The notes beneath the pieces are model-generated. The model was not told the origin of the DNA. It saw nothing but the letters and a program-made list of their open reading frames with translations, and searched no databases. Both the position numbers and the translations under genes were made by a program. Of a DNA stretch of 64,000 bases, positions 1-10,753 are shown one piece after another. The DNA is from Lingula anatina. Its lineage: Eukaryota > Animalia > Brachiopoda. The first letter of the stretch is position 1. Each line of letters begins with the position of its first letter. The stretch is taken from the NCBI GenBank assembly GCA_051362555.1, contig CM120641.1, positions 9,300,001 to 9,364,000 of the forward strand, given 5' to 3'.

Positions 1-106
1 TAGTTTTGACCGATGGGACTGCCTTATCACATCTGTACTCTGAATCTTTTTAGTGTTAGCTTGTTAACCCTGTCACTACTGCTTTATTGGTATCTTACCC
101 TTTTTT

Positions 107-170
107 GTGTGTGTGTGTGTGTTTTTTTTTTTTTTTTGTTTTTTTTTTTTTTTGTTTTTTTTTTTTTTTT
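107..170. repeat. (TG)n microsatellite followed by an interrupted poly-T tract
   Basis: tgtgtgtgtgtgtg followed by long T runs interrupted by single G, directly visible. Confidence 0.9.
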
Positions 171-454
171 GTTATTAAGTTATGTTTAAGATGTTTATGT
201 AAAAGAAAAGGATGAAAGTGTTAACCTTGAAATTAATTATTGTATTACAGGTGTATTACAGGTTTTAATTCATTGCTCTTGTAACATACATGTATAATGC
301 CATTGCAGTAAGTGTAAGTTTGACAATTACATTTTAAATTTTTGGTACATAATTTAATCATCAAATGTAGAGAAATAAACCCAATAAATGTGTGGTAAAA
401 TAAGTTTTCCACCAATACAGGTACAACCCTTAATAGGCATTACACACGTACTTC

Positions 455-832
455 ACAAATTGTTGGCCTTAAGTAGTTTGATTTCTAAATCCAGCTTCAA
501 AATTTCCTTTCTTAAGTTTTTCATATTGAATTTTCTCAATTTCCTCCTTCAGTAATACTTTTTGAAGTTCTTCTCTCTTTGAACAAGATGTAGTAAACCT
601 TTTGGTTGATGCAATGGCTGGCTTAGCTTGTTTGCGTTTCGACATGTTTTCTGTGGTTTCTGATAACTGTCTTGGGTCGCTTTCTGTTAGATAGATCCTT
701 CTTTGCTTTGGAGTACAAATCTTTCCACTTGTGTTTTAACTCTTTCAAGGTTCAATTAGCATTGATGTCAGCTGTAATATTTGCCAAAGTTTCATCTTCT
801 GCTCGGCAGTGGTTGAGTTGGTTAATTTGCAG
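455..832 (-). pseudogene. Decayed Myb/SANT-like DNA-binding protein fragment (PIF/Harbinger accessory-gene type)
   Basis: Minus-strand frames read KLTNSTTAEQKMKLWQ / NITADINAN*TLKELKHKWKDLYSKAKKDLSNRKRPKT, then a coiled-coil-like LLKEEIEKIQYEKLKK. The K..W..I...IN and K.KWKDL...AKK patterns match Myb/SANT-like domains. Frameshifts and stops are present. Confidence 0.6.
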
Positions 833-1000
833 AAGTCACCCACCATTGCATTAGGGGAGGACATGTACAAAACACGGTTTTCGTACGACTCAAACCGCAT
901 TCTTGGAGGCATGTCTGCATTTAATGCATCTTTGCTTGAATTCTCTGGTGGGTTTTCACACATCTGTGTAATCATCTGACTTCGAAGCAAGTTGGCCTTT

Positions 1001-1073
1001 GTCATCTCAAGGATGTCTGTTAGGGTGTCCACAGCTGTCATCTCAAGGATGTCTGTTAGGGTGTCCACAGCTT
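1001..1073. repeat. 36-bp tandem duplication (AVDTLTDILEMT x2)
   Basis: gtcatctcaaggatgtctgttagggtgtccacagct occurs twice in tandem. Confidence 0.9.
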
Positions 1074-1706
1074 TTCCAGTGACAAGATTTCTCTCAGCAC
1101 ACTGTAAGGTTGCGTCCATTCCTGTGACCAATCTCTGAAAAAAGCTTCTACCGTCTGCTTGTGTTGAAATAATTCTAGTGTTGTGGGGCAATTTCTCTGT
1201 CCCGGCAGCATGGCTGGTGTCTTGTGGTGCGGTAACTGTGGCCTGTTGGACTTCAGGGATTATATCGCACATTATGGGTGCCTCATCATGAACACTTCTG
1301 GAAACAGACCCAGGGGGTGATCTCTCAGTCCCAGCAGGACAGTTGACTTGTGGCACGGTTTCTGTGGCTTGTTCGACGTCAGGGTTTGCATCGCACATCA
1401 GGGGAACCTCACCAGCAACATGATTGGAGTTGGACACTGGTGTCGAAGTTGGTGTTGCACTAGCTTTGCTGGAAATTGCATCAATCATATCAAATTCTGA
1501 TGAAAATGCAAGTCAGTTGGGTGGCCAAGATCAGTTTTCCAGTATCCATTCACCACTGTGCTGCAGCCAAAAATGCCCTGCCGACAAGCTGACTAACCTG
1601 GTACACAGTAACCCTTTCTCCTTGACGGAAAATACTTTTCTCTTTCAATGTTGTACCACCATTTCAGAGATTTGAAAAAGTTCACATGTAAGGGTTGCAT
1701 TGTGTG

Positions 1707-1874
1707 CAGGCCCGTAGCCAGCAATTTCAAAAGGGGGGTTCTTTTTCTGAAAAAGTGGACCTTTTCCCATAAAAACTTCATGTACCTAGATCAAATTTTA
1801 ACTGGAGTGGACCTTTTCCCAGCAAAAGGGGTGGTTCTTTCGAACCCCCCGAACCCCCTCTGGCTACGGGCCTG
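1707..1874. mobile_element. MITE with CAGGCCCGTAGCCAG TIRs and 5-bp TSD (hAT-like), copy 1
   Basis: 15-bp TIRs caggcccgtagccag / ctggctacgggcctg; gtgtg on both flanks (1702-1706, 1875-1879); near-identical inverted copy at 21741-21907. Confidence 0.9.
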
Positions 1875-3186
1875 GTGTGAGTGGTGTGAGGAGGGAACAA
1901 AAGCATAACAACACCATTATCTCAAGCAAGGTTTATAACTTGAAGATTCTTTGTGTGCGATGCATGTCCATCAAGCAGAAGAAGGACCTTGTGTTCAGCA
2001 GATGCCAAAAGTTATGTTGATGAAGTGAGACAACCACTGCACAAACTGTTCATCATCAATCCATCCGGAATCGCTGCATGCAAATGTGGTTCCCTCAGGC
2101 ACACAAAATTGCAGAGAATTGTTCATTCTCTTCCCCTTAAATATAAGCATTGGAGGGAGAAACATTCCCGTAGCTGAGTGACAATACACGCTGGTTGTAT
2201 TGCAGCCATGTTCAGCACTTGTCGTAGCCCCAACTTGACGTGACTTCAGCCCATGAGCACAAGCTATATCATATGCCAACTTCATAAGGTCCTCCCTGCT
2301 TATTCCAAAAATCATGGAATCCATAAACCCCTTAAGGAAGAATCCCTCTAGTTTCCTTTGTAAAAAAGATATTTGAACCAAAGTGGCACTGATATTGTCG
2401 GTCTGATTTGGGGTTCAGTCTGGAACATTTATTTGTCAATTGGTGCAAAAGAAAAGACACAATGGTTAAAATTTAAAAAAAATTTTTTTGCCTTTTTGGC
2501 CCATGGGTGGGGCAAAAAGCCTTTTGTCAGAGGGCAAAACGTCCATGATGGGTGTTTTACCCCAAATCCAACAACAACCCTTGTTTTGCATAAACAAACA
2601 ATTACTTTTTCTTGATTTCAGTTATCTCTTCTTTACATTATAACAATTTTTCCATTTTTTTATTTTTTTCTAAATGTCATATGTATGTGAGCTCTTTGCA
2701 CCGATAGGATAGGATAACCCAAACATTGTTATTTACTTATCATACAACTTAAAGCTATGAAAACTGGATTTACTCACAAATAAAAATGCAACAACTTACA
2801 CTCTTATTTCAGAGCAATAAAAACAATTTACAAATCCACTCCAATTCTTAAGTTAAGGAAAACCACTTTTGAAATGTTATAAATTTCAATTCTAAATCAC
2901 AAAAACTGCTGGAGATGGAGAGCAGTACAGATTCAAGAAAAAATCAACGATTTATGATATTTCTTGATGTTTTTTAATACATGTATGTATCATACAACAA
3001 AATACGCAAAACACTTTCAATCATTTTAACTTTTTGTTAACATTGTGTCATTTACAAAACCTTAACTACTTTTTAATAGTGAGGTACACATATCTTTTAA
3101 AAAAAACATCTTTCTTGATGTATAGAGAGTTTTTGTGCCCATCACTGATACAGTAGGTTCTCAGTTAGTGGTTATGAACTGTGACA

Positions 3187-4637
3187 TCAGTAAAAAACTT
3201 GTGAGAATAAAATCGAATTAGTCCGATTCACAACTTGGGCAAACAAATGATGGCATTCCGTCGGTGCACGCTTCATGAGCCCATTGTTTGCAAATTGACA
3301 TAGCACCCATGATACATCAGGCGGTCTGCTCTCATTAAACCACTCTGCACGCACAACACACATCCAATCCTCTTCTTCTTCCTCCATTCCTTTGTGGTTG
3401 TTTTTTATGGTTTTCTTATGTTTCTCTGATTTCTTTTCCTGGTTTTTCTTACTTTGTTTCTTTGGTTTCTTATTTGCTTCAAGCTTGGCTTTGTAAGGCG
3501 AGGAAGTTAGGACAGCAGAGGTCTTGGCCTTTCGAGATCATTTCCTTTTTTCCTCGAGTTTTGGCAATGGAGACGGGTCTTTTATTATTCCCTGGATGGA
3601 TTCAGAGGTCTGTCTTCTATCTTCTCTGGTAGGCGACACGACGCAATGCCCTACATCCACTCCACAAGAAGTATATTTTACATAGAGCGCAGGTTTGAAA
3701 GAATTTTCAGTGTATGTTTGGATGGTGTTCATCCTGTGGTCCATTACTACAACGGGACATCCCAGGACTTTACTGGCAGCCACTATTTCAAGCTCACCTG
3801 CCATGGTTTTGTTGTTTGACATATCAGTGATCCTGTCAATTATGGGGTCGAACCATTTGTGAGGGGGCAAGGTTCTGTAGCATACACTGCATGGCATTAG
3901 CTCTAATATTATCAGCCGCTCTTGTCTCCTGCTCTCTAAGTTGCACTTCTTTCAATTTGCCGTCTTCATATTTTTCAGTCACTTGTAACCGAGGTCTCTC
4001 ACCAACAGCCAAACACCGGAAAAGACACCGCCTGTCACCAATAGTCTTCATAACTTTTGAGTTATTTACTGCATCTTCCTCCACAGTGGGAGCTGGTGCC
4101 ATGACTGGTGTATTTTCCTCTCTAGTGGGAGCTGGTGCCATGACTGGTGTATTTTCCTCTGTAGTGGGAGCTGGTGCCACGACTGGTGTATTTTCCTCTG
4201 TAGTGGGAGCTGGTGCCATGACTGGTGAATTTATTTCTGTGGTGAAAGCAGGTGCCATGACTGGTGTATTTTCCTCTGTGGTGGGAGCAGGTGCCATGGG
4301 TGCTATCTCTTCCTCTACTCTGGAAGCCAGGGATTCATCAGTCACTAAAGACGCCTGGAATTCTGTATCATGTGTGAATTCATGGACCAGATTTTGGTAT
4401 GTTGAACCTGTATGCTGTGTTCCTAAGTGACTTTCCCCCAATCACTTCATTAACAGCTATTTTCACGAGCACAGGGTCATGTCTAGCCTTTCTTAAGTAT
4501 TTTCTTGGTGGGGGGTATTCCGAACCTTTGGACATTCTTATAAGAGGCAACCCGTTGCCTATTGCCTCAAGAGCCTTGAGCATAACTTCTTTTCCATATT
4601 TTCCCCGCTCCGTTTTTCGCTTGCATGCTCTAACCAC
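3187..4637 (-). pseudogene. Internally deleted pogo-like transposase: N-terminal psq-type HTH, repeat linker, OTU-like domain, C-terminal PHD-like finger
   Basis: MVRACKRKTERGKYGKEVMLKALEAI and AVNEVIGGKSLRNTAYRFNIPKS (HTH_psq-like); TIGDRRCLFRCLA...MAGELEIVAASKVLGCPVVV...VGHC (OTU Cys and His boxes); SAVLTSSPYK and WMCVV..EWFNESRP...WVLC (pogo C-terminus/PHD). The DDE core is missing and there are several frameshifts. Confidence 0.75.
4086..4298. repeat. 39-bp coding minisatellite (APAPTTEENTPVM), about 5.5 copies
   Basis: Unit gtgggagctggtgccatgactggtgtattttcctctgta repeated with few substitutions. Confidence 0.95.
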
Positions 4638-5949
4638 ACTGTCTCCATAAAAGATTTATTTTAGAAATAATCATGATTATTTTGGCATAAAACACACTAA
4701 AATATAATAATATATTATATAATATCTTCTATGTTATAATTCTCTTACGTTTATGAATTGAAAATTTAGGTAGGTGGATTGAGTGGGGCAAAACGCCCCT
4801 TACGCGGGGCAAGACGCCCGCCCATGGTGTCTTGCCCCTTTCTGTGGTAGGCCCTTTGCCCCTAAATGATACATTGTTTTATCTATTTTATTATTATAAT
4901 TTTTTTTTTTTTCAAATCGAGACGGCTTGGTAAGATAAACAACTGTTAGTGTTAACATCTCGAAAGAAGATTGCTAGGTAACTGGCAAAAGCGGTAATTT
5001 AAAATTTAATCCATCTTACCCGCAGAGTCACAGATTTAAGGCCACTTATAGTAAAAGGACCAAAGTCATAGAAACAAAGCCCTGGGCTTATAAGTTTTTA
5101 TAAAAAATTAAAACAAACTTCCCAAAAGGCCAATTAAAGACGGGGATTAAGTACAGTGTCCAACGGATGACGCTCTGGCGCCAATTTGAGGGGAAAAATG
5201 CCGTTTTCGGTATTGGGATTTTCTCTATAACCAAGACAGCTATTCGAGTGATTCAAAAGGCCTCATAAAGCTGGATGAAAGCACTACAGCGGGGTACCAG
5301 GGAATTGTCTTAAACTATTTACTTTTGATTTTATCATCTTTTACGTTAAATCAGCCCATATTTCAATGGGTTATTCACTTCAAAAGGCGATAACTTTCAA
5401 ACAAACAATTTCCTCTTAAACCCCTGATATCATGCTGTAGTCCACATTCCTAACAACAATAGGTGCAACTTTTGTAACGATCGGTTGCTCAGATAGTGAG
5501 ATATACTTGGCAGCGATTCACTTATCTCGTCAATATAGAAAGCTGTTAAAACAGCCAAAAACGTTCACAGGTTGGTTAACAGGGCTTATTAGTCAAATGC
5601 TTAGCTGGCAAATTTACCTGTTATCGGTTATACGATCAGATGGAACCATTGCTTATTGTCATCTAAAAATATTTTGTTTGGGTGCTTTGAAGGGGCAGAA
5701 AATCGTGCTTTTGTTACATTTTCCGACCACTCGTTAGGCATGTAAGCGTGCCGCCATTTTGATTGACAGCTCTGGAGAGGGTTCAGCCTAGTGATGCCCA
5801 GTAGGGTGTCAAGGATATGTAGAAGGAAGAGCTAACAAAGGCGATTACGTGTAACCGCAATTAAGAGGTGTGAAGTTGCATTTGAACGTTTCAATGGCTC
5901 TTCCTCGGCAAACGAGTAATTTTACCTGAGAGATTCCTTCTTTGTTATC

Positions 5950-6414
5950 TACGGAAGCCGACTGGTGCCATATGTTGAAAAAAAAAAATTATCTCGAAAT
6001 TTCGAGATAGCATTTTGAAATTTGAACAAAAAAATTTTTTATCTCGAAAATTCGAGATAGCATTTTGAAATTTGAACAAAAAAATTTTTTATCTCGAAAT
6101 TTCGAGATAGCATTTTGAAATTTGAGCAAAAAAAAATTTATCTCGAAATTTCGAGATAGTATTTTGAAATTTGAACAAAAAATTAATGATAATAATAATA
6201 ATACCCACAATGCATGAGGGATGTGAAAACGGAACTACACGAGGAAACCACATGCTCTACATTCAAAGGATTCATTTTAGCCTATCTGTTATACCCGAAA
6301 AAGCTTTGTTTGTAGAGTCACTTGAATTTGAACAAAGGGGCTCAATTATTTCAGCAAACGGGACGTGAAAGATATAGACCAGGGCTTGGAAGAATTTATG
6401 AGGGAAAGAGGGAT
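5950..6414 (+). repeat. Left TIR with four ~50-bp repeats, each holding the palindrome TATCTCGAAATTTCGAGATA
   Basis: Palindromes start at 5990, 6040 (1 mismatch), 6090 and 6139; inverted match to 16281-16745. Confidence 0.95.
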
Positions 6415-6484
6415 GACAGGTGAGATTACTATAACACTTAAACCAGTTGTCAAAATAGCTTTTCCGCCTTGTTTTTAAAATTAA

Positions 6485-7163
6485 GGACATTGTAACCCTT
6501 TGTTATCATCCTAATAACGAAAGAGTTTTTTCCTGCATCCAATTATTCAATAATGCATCTGTCTTTGTGCAGATTTGAAACAATGAAAAAACTCCCGGAA
6601 ATGTAAAATATCGGTATTTATATTTTTTCTTTTCGATGTATATTCAATAGCATAGGCAACTCAAAGCTTTAATCGTCAATTTAACACCTTTGTATTTTTT
6701 TATTAGCAATCGGTATGAAGAGTAATTTCGTCCCTGAACTAGATTTTATCACAAAATTGTTAGAGCTGACCAGGAGTTTATATATGTAGGCTACAATCCC
6801 GTGTCATCATTTTGGTTTAAATGCTTTTATTATAGAGCTATGAGGCCTTGAGTACAGATTATAAGTAAACAAAGGTGTCATTTTGCTTTATCAACGATAA
6901 AATCTGAACTAAGGCTTTTAAGAAAAATCGCTGGCAGGGTTTTGGAGTACTAAATGGTGTCATTAAATCGCCCTTGAAATGGTGATCTTAAGAGAACCGA
7001 TTTTCTAGTTTTTACCCCAAAATCGCAAATATGACGTTACCCGTGAAATTACATGTATAAATGTTAAAAAATTTAGTCACTGAACACTGAAGATTTATTT
7101 ATTACCCAAAAGAATGCATGTAAGGCAGTAAATAAGGAGTTTTGGGCAAAGGGTTAAATGTCC
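6485..7163. mobile_element. Kolobok-like MITE (TTAA TSD) inside the IS3EU-like element
   Basis: ttaa|ggacattgtaaccctttg ... caaagggttaaatgtcc|ttaa; related copy at 24831-25526. Confidence 0.8.
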
Positions 7164-7372
7164 TTAATTATCCCTTTTGTAATTTTCTGTTTAAGGTTTA
7201 CAGCCCCAACAGTTTGCCAGTACATTGTTGCAACAAGTTATTATCAATATTATTTGAACTCATTATTATTTTAATAATCATTGGTGTAGGCACCACAATT
7301 ACCAGTCGAACAAAGTTCAAGCAGTACTTTGTCATGAAAAAATCTTTTTTATTTTTTCGTTACAGATAAACA

Positions 7373-8851
7373 ATGAACGAGCAAGTTATTATCACCACGT
7401 ATTTCCAGCTTGGGCTCAGCTACAAGGAAATTTTGTATGCGCTTGCTCTTAATCACCGTATCGTCTTAAGTCTCAGGACACTGAAGAGACGGTTGCGCCA
7501 ACAATGTCTGTTCCGACGCAAACACTCTACAGACATTTTGGAGGTTGCAGATTTTATTATTGATCAGATCAATGAAAGTGGAAATATGCATGGATACAGA
7601 TGGATGCATTCGAAGTGTTTGCAAGCAGGCAAGACAGTCCAGCGAGACACAGTGCATTTAATAATGAAGATCATAGATCCTGATGGTTTGCAACTTAGGA
7701 GAAGAGGCAGGCTCAAAAGAAGAGAATACTTTGCGCGAGGACCAAACTATTTGTGGCACCTACACTCATATGACAAATTGAAAACTTATGGCTTGTGCAT
7801 CAACGGATGTATTGATGGGTTTTCTCGTCAGGTGATTTGGTTGAACGTATATCGCACAAGCAGCGACCCAAAAGTAATTGCTGGATATTACATAGAAGCA
7901 GTGAGTGCCATGGAAGGATGCCCAAATTTAGTCAGAGGAGACATGGGAACCGAGAACGGTCCTGTAGCACAGATGCAAGAGTTCTTGTCGGAGCAGAATA
8001 GCTTTATTTATGGGCGGAGCACTCACAACCAGCGGATTGAAGCCTTCTGGTGTATGCTGCGTAAAGAATGCATACAGTTTTGGATGGATGTTCTGAAAGC
8101 ATTGAAGGATGTTGGGGATTTTGCAGGAGACCTGCTAGACACAAGCCTCGTCCAATTCTGCTTCATGACTTTGGTCCAGGTATTAAAGCATTTTATAGTT
8201 CTATCTGTTTCGGCTGCTGAAATGAGACTAATTGATTGTCGGTAATGCATAATTAACTTTAGCGCTTCTTATATTTACTGGGTCTTTCTAAGAGTCGAGA
8301 ATCCATTTCTTTTTTGTTTTAATCTCACATAATGGCGTTAAATAGTTTTAATGTTTTAAATAGTTTTAGATGTTAAAACATCTCCAAATACAATACTGCA
8401 TATAATCATCAGGGTGTAGTTGAATGGTGACTGCAATATTAAGTAATGTCAGTTTTGAGTTGTGGTAAATTGTATGCTAATTAACAAAATAGCCTGAAAT
8501 TCTTTTTCTTTATATTTATAATAGACTGATCTGGATAGGGTCACGTCTGTATGGAACTGTCACCGCATACGACACACAAAGAATCAGAATGTTCCCAATG
8601 GAAGACCAATCGTTCTGTTCTCTATGCCAGAATTGTATGGCCGACGAGACTACCTGCGACCAGTCAACCAAGGACATATCGAAGCATGTTTCACCGAATG
8701 CAGCTTCAGGGATGGCCTTCCCTGTGATGAAGAATTATTTGAACTCTTCAATATTTACATGGCTGAACTTTTTTTGGACTTTCCTACCAGTGTACAGGAG
8801 GCACAGCAGGTTTACCATGCATTGCGATTAGCTATTCGACAGGATCTATAG
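7373..8851 (+). CDS. Integrase-core (IS3/IS481-like DDE) transposase, 2 exons: 7373-8179 and 8525-8851, 377 aa
   Basis: N-terminal Clr5-like HTH (YFQLGLSYKEI...SLRTLKRRL), GYRWMH, RREYFARGPNYLWHLHSYDKLK, GCIDGFSR, VRGDMGTEN, GRSTHNQRIEAFW. A phase-0 intron (CAG|gtatta...ttataatag|ACT) joins in frame to TDLDRVTSVWNCHRIR...GRP...MPELYG. Confidence 0.9.
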
Positions 8852-9749
8852 TGTGTCGCATTGGTACATATCAGCTGTGTCGCAGTAACAATGATTGTTC
8901 AGGGAAGTCTTGATGATCAATGCATATCAAGTCATGTTACTTATAAGCTTTATTCATGATAACAAATAATGAATACAGTGTAAAAACAGAACAGCCTTAA
9001 AATCTGCAGGCCATGCAGTACAACAAGACACAGAACATCAGTATTTTTGCTGAGATAAACTTAATAGTATGCCGGTTATTATTAGTATTACTATTATTAT
9101 TATGAAGTCACTATCATGACTTAAATCAGTTTTCAATAAGCATAACAAAAACATACTGCATGGACTACCTTTTGACATAATATTAAAGTCAACTTACCTT
9201 AGAACTTCAACATAAACATATAGAACTGACTTTTGCTGATGTAATTTTTAGAAAGAACATGTATAATCAAGAGTGAACATTCCATTGAAAATCCTTTCAT
9301 TGTCTGGCGCAGTCCTACTTCTATCATCAGGATTTGAAATAAACATTTTAGATAATTTTGAATTACAGTCATGTATTTATTTTTTCTGCAATTTGTTTGG
9401 GAATAACTTATGTAAAGGTAATCTGACAATGCTGTTTTTTTTCTTTTTTCTTTTTTTTTTTTTTTTTTTTTGAGAGTAACATTCTTCTTCATGTTTAAAT
9501 ATAAAGCGCTAGTGCATGTATGTTGAAAAATAGTTGGGTGATACAGTAAAATTAATAGTTCTCTCAGTATTTGCACTATGACACATACCTGGCATGAAAC
9601 TTTAACCCACAGTTTGATCCTTGGATTGATATCCAATATATTATTCAACTTTTACTCTATAATTGACCCCAAAACAAAAATAAAAGTGAAAAAAAATCAT
9701 TTTATTAGTCTAACTTTTATTAACTAAAAGAAAAACACCCAGTCTACCA

Positions 9750-10540
9750 TCAGGTGTAGAGCACAAAGATTGCTATTATAATGAAAACATCCATAATGTT
9801 TTAAAAACAATGCACAAAAGACACTTCTTTTGTGATTCAGAAATTAAACTTTTGAATTTATCATTATTGTATGATCACAAGGGAAAAGGATTATTATGGT
9901 AAATTACACATATATATTAAGATAAAAATCAATATCAAAATATGTTTGTCAGACATTAACCAAGTGTCTAAAAGCAATATTAGAATATCTCTATTGGATA
10001 TCAGCCAAGTGTCTGAAATATTGGTTAACCAAAAGAGCTCTACCATAACATGTAATATAAGTGTAAAATGAAAAGCAGAAAATTTGGCTTAATCAAACTA
10101 GAAATTAAAAACACAAGCATTATATGTATCAGACTGACCAGGATATGGATATTCCATTCCATCAACAAGAGACATGAACAGTGAGGTTCAGAGCACAAAG
10201 GTTATAATATAATATTATGACAACGCCCATAACATGTTTTAACAACATGGAACAAAGGGTACTTCTTTGGTGTGTCAACAAAAATAGACAAATCACTTGC
10301 AACTTGCATAAACTTACAAAGCACTTTTAAAACCAACAGTTCATTATGTTTTGTAGCATGATCACACTTTTATCATCAATGTTTGATCACAAGAGAAAAT
10401 TATTAATGAAAATTACACATATGAACATAAAAACCAGTATAAAAATGTTTGTCAGACATAAACCAAGTGTCTTAAATCCTCGCTGACTAAAAGAAGGATG
10501 CCATTACATGCAGTACAAGTGTAAAATGAAACAGGCTTAA
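9750..10540. repeat. Imperfect direct duplication (~300 bp) between the two convergent transposon genes
   Basis: Blocks agagcacaaag, tgatcacaag..aaattacacatat, atgtttgtcagacat.aaccaagtgtct and aagtgtaaaatgaaa occur in the same order at about 9750-10075 and 10185-10535. Confidence 0.7.
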
Positions 10541-10753
10541 TGCACTTTCAAAAACAAGGAAAAACTGCAGCTCTGTTCAACATCATATTTAGAGTAAGCT
10601 TCACGTCCCATTTACCTTAATGACCATGAAATGTCAACTTCCCTTTTCAACAAAAGTCAGAAACAACCAGGCACAATCCAGATATTAATACTGCTTCACT
10701 TTTGGACAGTCTACATGTATATCGAGGCATTAGTTTCTTCTTTAGTTTGTAGC

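Larger units (their letters stand above)
833..2450 (-). pseudogene. Remnant A of a pogo/Tigger-like (DDE_1) transposase with a C-terminal OTU-like segment
   Basis: ORF 1995..2381 has a CENP-B-type HTH piece (FGISREDLMKLAYDIA) and DDE_1 motifs (SATGMFLPPMLIFKGKR, SDSGWID..F..WL.HF). Adjacent frames give VLLLLDGHASH and HTMQPLHVNFFKSLK. ORF 745..1488 has ADGRSFFQRL...MSSPNAMVGDF (OTU-like). It is internally deleted, frameshifted and split by a MITE. Confidence 0.8.

Noticed and set aside
3891-4430. 179-aa hydrophobic repeat ORF on the plus strand
   Set aside because: It is the antisense reading of the 39-bp minisatellite in the pogo remnant.
5990-6180. CRISPR-like array of palindromic repeats
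   Set aside because: The intervening sequences are near-identical rather than unique spacers, there are no cas genes, the context is eukaryotic, and the array is mirrored in the other TIR.
7373-8851. Retroviral/LTR integrase or bacterial IS contamination
   Set aside because: No RT, RNase H or LTRs; the gene has a spliceosomal intron and sits between TIRs with a TSD.
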